A DNA stretch of 15,927 nt from Candidatus Iainarchaeum sp. (GTDB taxonomy: Archaea > Iainarchaeota > Iainarchaeia > Iainarchaeales > DTGL01). The stretch lies in contig JAWALG010000026.1 in NCBI GenBank assembly GCA_038886995.1, positions 1 through 15,927 on the forward strand, given 5' to 3'. The notes below the pieces were generated by a model. It saw nothing but the letters and a program-made list of their open reading frames with translations, was not told where the DNA came from and made no database searches. The position numbers and the translations under genes were made by a program. Shown here in pieces: positions 1 to 8,581 of this stretch. Positions within the stretch are counted from its first letter, which is position 1. Every line of letters starts with the position of its first letter.

Positions 1-77
1 AGAAAATAAAAGTGCTACTTGAAGTAAAAAATGATGGGAAAAATTGAAATTAGCAGCATAGCATGTGAGTATTTTAA

Positions 78-2942
78 CTATTCAATGTATATGGCTGGTT
101 TAAAAGGCATAGAATCCTTTGCCTTATTTTTCGGGTCATACTCTGCTTTATCCTCGCTTTGTATTATTACATCACAACCAAAAAGCCCAGCAAGGAATGG
201 TTTTGCTGCACTTAATACTTTAATTTCGTCTACTGGTGTAAGCTCCCTGAGTTCATTCCATTTTGCAGCAAACTTTTTTGCCATGTTTACAGCCGTTGCT
301 CCTTTGGCTTTTATTGCATCATTGCTCATAGCAATCTTTATGGCTGTATTTTGATCAGGCATTTGAAGCTTGCCTTTGAGCAAAACAAATAAGTCCTGCT
401 TCCAACCACTGCACACATAGATGTAAATCTTCTTTGGTTTTTCTATATTTGCAAGCCTTTTTATCTCATTTAGATCATCAACAACGCTGACTATGATGCT
501 TTCTGCAGCGTTGATTTTCGGGTCTGTCTTAAGCTTTTTTGGGATCTTTGCAAAGAAAATGGACCTTTTATTACCAAGCTTTTGCCAAAGTTCCTCTGCT
601 ATGTGAGGCATGAAAGGTGCAATGCAAAGAGCCCAGTTGCTTAAGAAGTAATGCATGAGCTGCTTATTGTGCCTGCTTCTCCTCTTTTCATACCAGTAGA
701 AGTCCTTCATCAGCTGGAATGATATGCACTGCAAGGCCCTTCGGAATTCCATTTTCTCCATGCCTTCAACATATTCATTGATTCGTTCATTGATTCTATT
801 GTAAAACCATCTCTCTGCCAAGTCAAGGCCTTTAAGCCTTCCTTTCTTGGCTTTGGCAGCATTATCTAAAATTAGTTCCACAAAGGAGCTTAGCTTAGAA
901 AAACTCTTCTCAATTTCCCTCTGCTGCCAGTTCAATTCCTCCCATGGCTCAACGATATTCATCAGGAAGAATCTAACAAAGTCAGCACCGATGGAGTCGC
1001 ACATGTCATTTATAAGGATCACGTTACCTTTGGAAGATGACATTTTTCTGCCTTCAAGAACAACCATTCCAAGGTTTAGGGTTCCTTTCTGCCTTTTATT
1101 AGGTGGAAAAATTGCTGTGTGCTGGAAAATAGAAAATGACATGTGATTTGGTATAAGCTCAATGGCACTGACATTATAGGCAAGAGGGTACCAATAGTTA
1201 AAGGACTCTCTCATCTCCTCAATAAGTTTCTTTTTAATCCCATACTTTCTTGAGATGTCAGATATTTTGCCCTTGCCGAGGAATATGTAATCAAAGACCT
1301 CCGGCTCAAGGTTCTCAGGAGGAACTTGCTTTATTAGATGTGCGATTGTGAAGTATGCCATATAGATTGTTGAATCTGCCAGCGGCTCTAGTATAAGCTC
1401 TTTCTGGAAAGGGAAGTTTGTTCCAAGGCCTTTTGACCTTGTGCATGGCTTGTCGTCAAGCCAATCGAAGACCTTTTCATAGTTTGCTCTGAAAAGCTCG
1501 GGAACAATCTGCATTCCCTGCAAGGTTTTCTTGGATTCTTCCTTCCACTTCTCGTCAGAGTATTTAACAAACCATTGGTCCTCTAAGATACGAACTACGC
1601 ATTGTGAGCCACATCTGCATACAACCTTGCCCTCAAGCTCATAAAAATTAGCTGCTTGGCCTTTTTCTAAAAGCTCATTTTTGACCATTTCTTTTGCTTT
1701 GTTAACCTGCATGCCTGCATAAGCGCTACAGTTGCTGTTCATAACTCCTTTATGAAATCCCAGTTTGTAAACAATTTTCTTTGCTTCTTCAAGTTTTTCA
1801 GAATCGTTCTGGCTTTTTATGCCAAGGTCATCACAAATCTTAACTGCTGCTAGGTTCCCGTAGCCCTCAAGATCAATTATTGGGATCGGCTTTATTGAAA
1901 GAAGTGCCTCGTAGTTTAGCCCAAAGCTCTCCGCCAAAGATTTGTCCTGCTGAAGGTCTCTCAAGGCAATATAGTCAATAGGTGCATCACTCGGAACTGA
2001 GGTTACAATGCCCGTGCCTGTAGCTGGATCGCAGAACTTTGCAGGAAGAACAAGTACTTTTCGTTCAATTCCCGGAGCAAAAACCTCTTTGCCAATAAGC
2101 TCTGAGCCCTTAACTGAGCCGACTTTCTCTATATCTCTGTTTTGCTCCTTGTACTTCTCGAAGAATTCTTTGCTTGCAACCCAATACTCAGGGCCTACCT
2201 TTATTTTAAGGTATTCAATATCAGGCCTTACCCAAAGATTTGTTTGCCCAAAAACAGTTTCTGGGCGGAGGGTTGCAGCAATTAAATAAACATTCTCATC
2301 AAGCTTGAACTTAAGCAATGTAAATTCTTGGATTCCAAGGCCTTCGCCTTCGCTTAGGTCATGATCCCCAACAGGATTTTTGCAAGTAGGGCAGTAGCGC
2401 ACAGGATATGCTTTCTTTACAAGATAGCCCTTTGACGCAAGTGTTTTGTATTGCCATTCAATAAAACGCTTATACTGCGGATCTATTGTTTTTAGCTCAC
2501 GCCTCCAATCAATGCCTAAACCCAATTTCTTAAAGCCGGCCTTATAGCCATATCTTGCTTTGTTTATCATGTAGTCAACAAAACTTTCTGGGCTTTTAGT
2601 TAGGTATTTGAAGTCCTCCAGCGGTATTCTTGCATTTTCATGGAATATCTTTACTGTCTTTTCATTGCCTTTTTGCAATGCCTCGACTGCAGCAATTACT
2701 GGCGTGCCTGAAACATGCCAGCCCATTGGCATAAGCACATTGAAGCCGGTGAGTATCTTGTACTTTGCTGCTACATCTGTGGCAGTATAAGTACGCGCAT
2801 GGCCTATGTGCATAGCACCGCTCGGGTAAGGATAAGCAACTTGAATGTAAAAAGTTTTCTTGCCTTTTTTTATCTCTGGCTCAAAAACTTTTTTTGAGGC
2901 CCAATATTTCTGCCATTTTTGCTCAAGTTTACTAAATTCCAA
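78..2942 (-). CDS. leuS: Leucine--tRNA ligase (archaeal/eukaryal type)
   Basis: Class I motifs YPYPSGAMHIGH and KMSSSKGN. CP1 editing domain (ATLRPET...GTGIVTSVP). Zn motifs CPTC...DHD and CRCGSQC. Archaeal C-terminus PFKPAIYIE. Start moved from GTG 2951 to TTG 2942 because GGGTGA (SD) lies 5 nt upstream and MEFSKLEQKWQ matches the usual family N-terminus. Confidence 0.96.
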   Translation of the reverse strand: MEFSKLEQKWQKYWASKKVFEPEIKKGKKTFYIQVAYPYPSGAMHIGHARTYTATDVAAKYKILTGFNVLMPMGWHVSGTPVIAAVEALQKGNEKTVKIFHENARIPLEDFKYLTKSPESFVDYMINKARYGYKAGFKKLGLGIDWRRELKTIDPQYKRFIEWQYKTLASKGYLVKKAYPVRYCPTCKNPVGDHDLSEGEGLGIQEFTLLKFKLDENVYLIAATLRPETVFGQTNLWVRPDIEYLKIKVGPEYWVASKEFFEKYKEQNRDIEKVGSVKGSELIGKEVFAPGIERKVLVLPAKFCDPATGTGIVTSVPSDAPIDYIALRDLQQDKSLAESFGLNYEALLSIKPIPIIDLEGYGNLAAVKICDDLGIKSQNDSEKLEEAKKIVYKLGFHKGVMNSNCSAYAGMQVNKAKEMVKNELLEKGQAANFYELEGKVVCRCGSQCVVRILEDQWFVKYSDEKWKEESKKTLQGMQIVPELFRANYEKVFDWLDDKPCTRSKGLGTNFPFQKELILEPLADSTIYMAYFTIAHLIKQVPPENLEPEVFDYIFLGKGKISDISRKYGIKKKLIEEMRESFNYWYPLAYNVSAIELIPNHMSFSIFQHTAIFPPNKRQKGTLNLGMVVLEGRKMSSSKGNVILINDMCDSIGADFVRFFLMNIVEPWEELNWQQREIEKSFSKLSSFVELILDNAAKAKKGRLKGLDLAERWFYNRINERINEYVEGMEKMEFRRALQCISFQLMKDFYWYEKRRSRHNKQLMHYFLSNWALCIAPFMPHIAEELWQKLGNKRSIFFAKIPKKLKTDPKINAAESIIVSVVDDLNEIKRLANIEKPKKIYIYVCSGWKQDLFVLLKGKLQMPDQNTAIKIAMSNDAIKAKGATAVNMAKKFAAKWNELRELTPVDEIKVLSAAKPFLAGLFGCDVIIQSEDKAEYDPKNKAKDSMPFKPAIYIE

Positions 2943-2947
2943 AAAAA

Positions 2948-5626
2948 TCACCCGCCATTGGCCAAGTATTCTCGTATCTTATTTTCATCTGCAGTGCCTA
3001 TTGCCATGCGATCATTGCCACCGCCTTTGCCTTGCAATTTTGATAATATCTCAGAAAGCAAATCTTTTGCTTTTTTTCCAGATTTATCACCGCAAAAAAC
3101 AACAAAGTCACTACCTGAACCAATCACTAGAGCAAGGTCAGCTCTATTTGACATCACATAATTGCCTATCTCAATAAGTGTTTTCTTTTCAGCATCATCA
3201 ATAAAAAGCTTAACCAATGGGCCTTTTTCAGACAGCAGCGATTTTCCAATGAGAGAAGCATTTCTTTCTGTCAACAGGTCAACTTTTTTCCTAAGCTGCT
3301 TCCATTCTGAGAAAAACCTTTCAACAGCTTTTGGCAACTCGTGCGGCTGGACTGATATCTTGGCTGCTGCCTCCTCTAAAATGGCTTCCTTTTCTTGTAC
3401 ATTTTTTAGGGCTTCAAGGCCACAAACAAATGTAAGGCGCTCTATTCCGTCTTGAACGCCTTCGCGCTTTATTATCTTGAAAAATCCAATATCTGATGTT
3501 CTCAACGCATGTGTGCCACCGCATGCCTCGACATCTACGCCAGGAATTTCAACAATCCTAAGTTCCTTGCCAGGCACATAGCCACCTTGGTAAAGAGTAA
3601 AGCCATATTTCTGCTCTGCCTCGTTCCTTGGCATGAAAAATGTTTTAACAGGTATGTCTGCAAGCACAAGTGCATTCACCATCTTCTCCAGTTCCCTTAT
3701 CTGTTCTTTTGCTATTCGCTTGTAATGGGTCACATCAAGATGTGCCTTATCAACATCTTTCTGTGCACCTGCCTGCCATATGTGCATTCCCAAAAGCTTT
3801 TTGCAGCAGGCATTCAAAAGATGCGTTGCTGTATGGTGCCTCATAAGCTGCTTGCGCCTTTCAATATCAATCACACCTGTAACAGACGAACCTATTCGAA
3901 ACTTTTCTGGTTCCGAGACAGCATGCAATGTTATGCCCTCAAGCTTTTCTACGCTAACAACAGGTACGCCGTTGATTTTGCCAATATCGTGTGCCTGCCC
4001 ACCGGAAGTCCCATAAAAGGCAGTTTGGTCAAGAACTATTTTATTTCCTTCTTTGCCAATAACCTTCGCTTTAAAACTGCTGAGCAATGGATCCTTGTAA
4101 TATAATTCTTTTGTCTTTGGATATTCTTTGGAGAGAGTTGCTTTTTGCTCACTCATAGCAGCTTTCTCATTCTTTTTTGCAATGAGGTAGTAAAAGTTCT
4201 CTGGGATCTCTAATTTTACACCTTTTTTTGATGCCTCTTTTTCAATAAGCTCTGGCGCTATGCCGTTGCTTTCGTATAGCTTTATTAGCTCACTTTCACC
4301 TATTTTTTCGCCCTTTGATGCCTTTTCAACTATGCTTGCTATTATTTGGCCTGCCTTTGCACGCAACTCTTTATTCTTCTGTTCTTCTTCTGCAACTATT
4401 TCAATAACAGAGTTAACTCCAGAGCTCAACAATGGATCCAGGCCTTTTAACGCTACTGCATGCGTTTCCAAAATTCCAGCAATGTCCAACTTAAGGTCAA
4501 ATTCCTCGTTAAAGGAAAAAACGCGCCTAAGAAGAATCCTAAGGTTGTAGCCACCGCCTGAATTGCTCGGGAGCATGCCATCGGTAATAGCATACAAGAG
4601 TGCCTTAAGATGGTCAGCACAGGCATACAATGCCTGGACAGGCCTTATTGACTCCTCAAAGTCCTTTTCTTCAAGGCCAATGCTTTTGAGTATTTGAGAG
4701 CGCTTTTCTCTAACATTGCCTTCTTCCACATTCAAAGCGCCGCCAAGTTTTGAGAAAAGAGCAAACTTTTTTGCATCGTACTTAAGGCCGGAATCAGCAA
4801 ACATCTTTTTCAGAACATCTTTGAAAACAATATCATAGCTTGTTGGCGTGCCATTTGTGTACCAGGCCAAGCGCTCAAGGCCAGCGCCCATATCTATTAC
4901 TTTTGTTTTGAGCTCCTCCCAGCCAGAAGGTGTTTCCCTGAACTGCATAAAAACGCAGTTGCCAAGCTCAACACCGTGAGCAAGATACTCCATGCTAGGG
5001 CCAAAAGTGCCTCCGCCAGCCCAAACATCCTCCATGAAAACAAGCTCTTCTTTTGGGACGCCTATAACCTTTGTAAGGTAATTGAAGTCATGCTCTAAGG
5101 CCTCATTTTTCCAATAGAAAAGACCTGTCTTTTTGGAATTAAAAGCATGCTGGCCAAACATTATGAATGCAGAATAATGCTGGCCTGTTGTGCCAACATT
5201 CTGCAAATCATTAAACCTTAAACATGGCTGCGGCACAACAAGTGGATTTGCCGGCGGCTCTAACTCGCCGCTCACAACATACGGCTGAAAGTCAATTATT
5301 GAAGCATTTGTAAAGTACAAATCATCACGCCATCTTGCAACCACTGGATAGCGTGCTATGCTTTTATGGCCGTGCTTCACAAAGTAGCGCTCTATTTCAC
5401 GCCAAGTTTCAACATAACCATAGCCCTTTGTCTTTTTTCCAATGAAGCCAAAACTTGAGCAGCTGGAGTCAGCACAAACTTTGCGCCCTGGATTTAAACT
5501 CCAAAAGAAGCGCCCGCATTTTTCACACTTTTGCCTAGAAAAACCTTTTTCTTTTAGAAAAGGCACCTTGTAGTGCTTTTCCCATTCCTTGGAAAACCTT
5601 TCGCGTAGCTCTTTCTTATCAGCCAT
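2948..5626 (-). CDS. alaS: Alanine--tRNA ligase (archaeal, full length with editing and C-Ala domains)
   Basis: N-terminal Zn ribbon CEKC...CADSSC, RYPVVARWRDDLYFT, motif 3 DMGAGLERLAW, editing motifs HHTATH and EACGGTH, C-terminal GKGGGN. Start moved to ATG 5626 (MADKKELR); the first 36 aa of the ORF-track call read through AT-rich intergenic DNA. Confidence 0.96.
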   Translation of the reverse strand: MADKKELRERFSKEWEKHYKVPFLKEKGFSRQKCEKCGRFFWSLNPGRKVCADSSCSSFGFIGKKTKGYGYVETWREIERYFVKHGHKSIARYPVVARWRDDLYFTNASIIDFQPYVVSGELEPPANPLVVPQPCLRFNDLQNVGTTGQHYSAFIMFGQHAFNSKKTGLFYWKNEALEHDFNYLTKVIGVPKEELVFMEDVWAGGGTFGPSMEYLAHGVELGNCVFMQFRETPSGWEELKTKVIDMGAGLERLAWYTNGTPTSYDIVFKDVLKKMFADSGLKYDAKKFALFSKLGGALNVEEGNVREKRSQILKSIGLEEKDFEESIRPVQALYACADHLKALLYAITDGMLPSNSGGGYNLRILLRRVFSFNEEFDLKLDIAGILETHAVALKGLDPLLSSGVNSVIEIVAEEEQKNKELRAKAGQIIASIVEKASKGEKIGESELIKLYESNGIAPELIEKEASKKGVKLEIPENFYYLIAKKNEKAAMSEQKATLSKEYPKTKELYYKDPLLSSFKAKVIGKEGNKIVLDQTAFYGTSGGQAHDIGKINGVPVVSVEKLEGITLHAVSEPEKFRIGSSVTGVIDIERRKQLMRHHTATHLLNACCKKLLGMHIWQAGAQKDVDKAHLDVTHYKRIAKEQIRELEKMVNALVLADIPVKTFFMPRNEAEQKYGFTLYQGGYVPGKELRIVEIPGVDVEACGGTHALRTSDIGFFKIIKREGVQDGIERLTFVCGLEALKNVQEKEAILEEAAAKISVQPHELPKAVERFFSEWKQLRKKVDLLTERNASLIGKSLLSEKGPLVKLFIDDAEKKTLIEIGNYVMSNRADLALVIGSGSDFVVFCGDKSGKKAKDLLSEILSKLQGKGGGNDRMAIGTADENKIREYLANGG

Positions 5627-5700
5627 AATTAGGAATATTTCCCTGCAAAATAATAAAATACTTTTTTTAAAGGAAATTAAAAAAATTGTTACAAATTGCT

Positions 5701-6280
5701 TCAAGAAGTGTATTTTAGTACTACTAAACAACACTCCTGTTCCCTAAGTAGTTCGTCCTCAAGGCATCTGCACTTAAATGAGCCGCTGTCCATCCACTCT
5801 GGCTTTATGTCTCTGTAAAGAGTATCTTCTAAATATTTATAAAGACCAGTAGCTGTTGTACCACAAATAACCGAAATGCCCACTTCTTTCGTATCTAAGT
5901 TACATCTTATTAAAGAGCCATCCTCATATGCGCTCCACGACTTCGATGGTCTGTCTTGCCTACCGAACTCTGTATCCTCCATGTAAACACCTGGGCTAAG
6001 GCATATCTGCTTTGGTTCAATACCGATTTCATAGTTTCCCAAAATAGCTTGTGTTGTAATAGTAACATAACCATCACTTCTTGAGAACTTTATTTTGCCA
6101 GCAAATGGTGTCGACTTGGATCTATGAGCGTTGTTAAGCACCTCTGCGATTATCTTATTTGGTTCTGAAGTAGACGGTGGCGTAATAATACCAAGAATAT
6201 AAAGAAGTATATATTGCCAAGGCAATGATGGCAGAGATGAGAAGTTGAAACGTTGAAAATGCTTGCCCTTTGGAATTCAT
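5701..6280 (-). pseudogene. Frameshifted class III signal-peptide (type IV pilin-like) surface protein
   Basis: ATG 6280 (or in-frame ATG 6298 after GGTG) reads MNSKGQAFSTFQLLISAIIALAI, an archaeal class III signal (KG/QA plus hydrophobic run), but this frame stops at 6155-6157. The hydrophobic run continues in another frame as ILLYILGIIT into the Cys-rich ORF ending at 5701. The frame change falls at ATATATA (6208-6214). Confidence 0.75.
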
Positions 6281-6400
6281 AACATCGAGGGCAATCATGC
6301 AAAACACCAACATTTAAAAATAAATCCCACTGCTATTTAATAGTAAATTAAAGCTATCAGATTGACAAAAACAAAGAATGATGCTTTTTAGGTGTTTGAA

Positions 6401-7114
6401 GTGGGACTGAGGCCAGGGCGTTGTTATTCAAGCATAAAGCATAGGCCTTATACAAGGGTAGCCATAACTGTGCATGAAAAGAATTACATAGGCACAGTGC
6501 CAGCAGTTAGAATAAGGCAATTCAATATGGGAAACCCATCAATGCCTTACACTCACATAATTGATCTTATTGCTGATGAAGCAGTACAGATAAGGGACAA
6601 TGCAATAGAAGCGTTAAGGATTTCTATAAACAGATACCTAATAAGAAACATAGGCAAAGAAAACTACTTCATGCGAATAAGGGTTTTCCCACATCAGATT
6701 TTAAGGGAACATAAGCAAGCACAAGGCGCAGGCGCTGACAGGGTTTCACAAGGGATGAGCCATGCTTTTGGCAAGCCAATTGGGCGCGCCATAAGAGTAA
6801 AAAAAGGCACTATAATTTTGAGTGTGCTTGCTTTGCCGGAGCATGTAAGCTTGATTGCAAAAACACTTGAAAAAAGAGCAAAATCAAAGCTTCCATGCAG
6901 CTTAAAGGTAAAAACACATACTGATTTAAATTCAATAGGCACTTTGCCAAGAAAGGCGATCATTGAAGAAAAGGTTGGGGAAGCAAAGCCAGAAGAAGAG
7001 AAAGCTCCTGAAGAGAAAGCTGAAGAAGCAGAGAAAGCTGAGGGCAAAGCAGAGGGCAAGAAAGAAGATAAGGGCGAGGCGAAGAAAGGAGAAAAAGCGG
7101 CAGAGAAGAAGTAG
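6401..7114 (+). CDS. rpl10e: 50S ribosomal protein uL16 (L10e) with a long charged C-terminal tail
   Basis: Motifs GLRPGRCY, QIRDNAIEALR and FPHQILREHKQAQGAGADRVSQGMSHAFGKPIGRA. Start moved to GTG 6401, 6 nt after AGGTG (6390-6394), giving MGLRP as in archaeal L10e. Confidence 0.95.
   Translation: MGLRPGRCYSSIKHRPYTRVAITVHEKNYIGTVPAVRIRQFNMGNPSMPYTHIIDLIADEAVQIRDNAIEALRISINRYLIRNIGKENYFMRIRVFPHQILREHKQAQGAGADRVSQGMSHAFGKPIGRAIRVKKGTIILSVLALPEHVSLIAKTLEKRAKSKLPCSLKVKTHTDLNSIGTLPRKAIIEEKVGEAKPEEEKAPEEKAEEAEKAEGKAEGKKEDKGEAKKGEKAAEKK
6964..7111 (+). repeat. Low-complexity, imperfectly repeated coding tail (EKAE/GKAE units)
   Basis: gagaaagct occurs three times and gagggcaa twice, encoding EEKAPEEKAEEAEKAEGKAEGKKEDK. 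Confidence 0.6.
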
Positions 7115-7177
7115 AAAGGACCAAGGATTCGAAGGTTACAGCCAGAACACAAATTGCTTAATCACCTATTTTAAAAG

Positions 7178-7248
7178 AGCGGGAGGAGGGAGTCGAACCC
7201 CCTTAATCCGGTCTGCAGCCGGATGCATGGCCGTTCTGCCACTCCCGC
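7178..7248 (-). tRNA. tRNA-Cys (GCA), intronless, CCA not encoded
   Basis: The reverse complement folds as acceptor GCGGGAG/CTCCCGC, D arm GCAG-AACGGCC-ATGC, anticodon arm TCCGG-CT GCA GA-CCGGA, T arm GGGGG-TTCGACT-CCCTC. The discriminator is U73, typical of tRNA-Cys, followed by CTTTT. Confidence 0.96.
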
Positions 7249-7285
7249 AGCGCTAGCTTAGATATATGTTAACTCAAACCTTTTT

Positions 7286-8551
7286 TTAATTTTTTTCATT
7301 TTGAATGCGTACCTTGCTTTTTTCTTCGCCTATGCTTAGCAGGTAGTTTTTTGCGCCTTCAATGTCATCAGCTTCAAGAATGCTAAAGAGCTTCCTTGCA
7401 TCAAATGCGTTGTTAAAGTTTGTTTCACTCAGTTTTTTCTCCAAGAGCTCATAGCCAAGGTCTATAACCGACTTGTTCTTTTCCTGCAGAGCTACAAGCT
7501 CAGACAACTTTTTTGAAAATGACTGCGCGAAAAAATCGGAATCTATTGATATTATTGCCTTGTTAGAATACTCATCCAATATGTCCTTTAAATCAATGCT
7601 GTCAGCAGAATGCCCTTTTGCTAGAGACCCAGAAAGCTTAATCTTTATAAGTGGCCTTTTATTATATTGTACAGAGGTTATCCTGCCAAGTACCTCGCGT
7701 AAGCGCTTTGCAACAAGGTTCTTGTCAGCGTTTTCAAATTCAAGCTTTTCATATAGGAAAGGCCTTTGATCCGGCAAAGGCAAAAACTCAAGCGCTTTGC
7801 TTTTCGTTTCCATGATGTAAATGCCTTTTGGTTTCTTAGCTTCAAGGCGCTTCATCTGTGTCAGCACCGTAGAGCCAGTGAGGATTAAATGTTTGCCATC
7901 TTGCTTTACTTCGTTTTGCCAGTGCAGGTGCCCATTGACAATTATATCAAAGCCATCTGGAAGCGCATCAATTGTTAGAGTAGCAATCATTTCATCATCA
8001 AATGGCAAAAATTCCTTGAATGACTGGTGCATCACAAGAATATTAAATGCATTGGGCTCTGGCCTTGGATCCCAAGCATGAAGAACATCTAGCGCTTTCT
8101 TTTCAGGCACGCCGCCAAGGCCATGAACAACAATGCGCTCTCCGCCTTGCTCGAAAAATGCCTTTTCTCCGTGCAAATAAGTGATAAAGCCAGCCTCCTC
8201 AAAAAGCTGCAAGTAATTAGCATAATCTCGGCTTCTGAATTCATGCGTGCCGTGTATAGCAAAAATAGGTATGCCTTGAAGCTTAAGCTCTCGCTCTTTT
8301 TCAGGACCCACCTTCTTTACAAAAACCAAGTTCTTGTTTGCATTTCTTGCTATTGAAAAAACTGAAAACGCTTGAATCAAGTGTAATGACTCAGGCACCT
8401 CTTTATCAAAGATATCCCCTGCTATAACTATTGCCTGCACGCCTTTTCCAACAGCCAAACGCATAGCAGCAGAAGCGTTTTCAAATGCCTCATTCTCACG
8501 CTCCTTCTGCGAAAACCCTATGTGAAAATCTGAGAGAAAAGCAATCTTCAT
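7286..8551 (-). CDS. mre11: Mre11/SbcD-family metallophosphoesterase (DNA repair exonuclease)
   Basis: Five phosphoesterase motifs: SDFHIG, AGDIFD, HGTHE (variant of GNHD), VMHQ and NGHLHW, followed by a capping-type C-terminal region. Start moved to ATG 8551 (MKIAFLSD). Orthology to true Mre11 is inferred. Confidence 0.82.
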   Translation of the reverse strand: MKIAFLSDFHIGFSQKERENEAFENASAAMRLAVGKGVQAIVIAGDIFDKEVPESLHLIQAFSVFSIARNANKNLVFVKKVGPEKERELKLQGIPIFAIHGTHEFRSRDYANYLQLFEEAGFITYLHGEKAFFEQGGERIVVHGLGGVPEKKALDVLHAWDPRPEPNAFNILVMHQSFKEFLPFDDEMIATLTIDALPDGFDIIVNGHLHWQNEVKQDGKHLILTGSTVLTQMKRLEAKKPKGIYIMETKSKALEFLPLPDQRPFLYEKLEFENADKNLVAKRLREVLGRITSVQYNKRPLIKIKLSGSLAKGHSADSIDLKDILDEYSNKAIISIDSDFFAQSFSKKLSELVALQEKNKSVIDLGYELLEKKLSETNFNNAFDARKLFSILEADDIEGAKNYLLSIGEEKSKVRIQNEKN

Positions 8552-8570
8552 AAAGTATATGGGCTCAAAT

Positions 8571-8581
8571 TTTAATTTAAA
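8571..8581 (-). promoter_or_regulatory. Putative TATA box for a leaderless mre11 transcript
   Basis: TTTAAATTAAA lies about 20-30 nt upstream of ATG 8551 with no SD, and overlaps the stop codon of the ThiI-like gene. Confidence 0.45.

Noticed and set aside
3..47. Open frame KIKVLLEVKNDGKN* at the left edge, possibly the 3' end of a convergent gene
   Set aside because: Only 14 codons are visible, which cannot be distinguished from chance.
1028..1048. LeuRS KMSSS in place of KMSKS
   Set aside because: This is a known variant in archaeal LeuRS and other class I synthetases.
31..5600. Plus-strand ORFs inside leuS and alaS (31..354, 847..1146, 2008..2289, 3162..3455, 3509..4105, 4260..4550 and others)
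   Set aside because: They are antisense shadows of well-supported genes, with no recognisable motifs.
7115..7140. TTCGAATCC on the minus strand resembling a second tRNA T-loop or an att-site remnant
   Set aside because: There is no pairing T-stem or acceptor stem, it does not duplicate the tRNA-Cys 3' end, and no integrase is nearby.
6694..7167. 152-aa minus-strand ORF preceded by a strong SD-like AGGTGAT (7167-7161)
   Set aside because: It is almost entirely antisense to rpl10e, and its S/F/A composition mirrors the E/K/A tail. One SD match is insufficient without expression data.
6963..7256. 97-aa Lys/Arg-rich plus-strand ORF resembling a basic nucleoid protein
   Set aside because: It is an alternative frame of the purine-rich uL16 tail and runs antisense across the tRNA gene.
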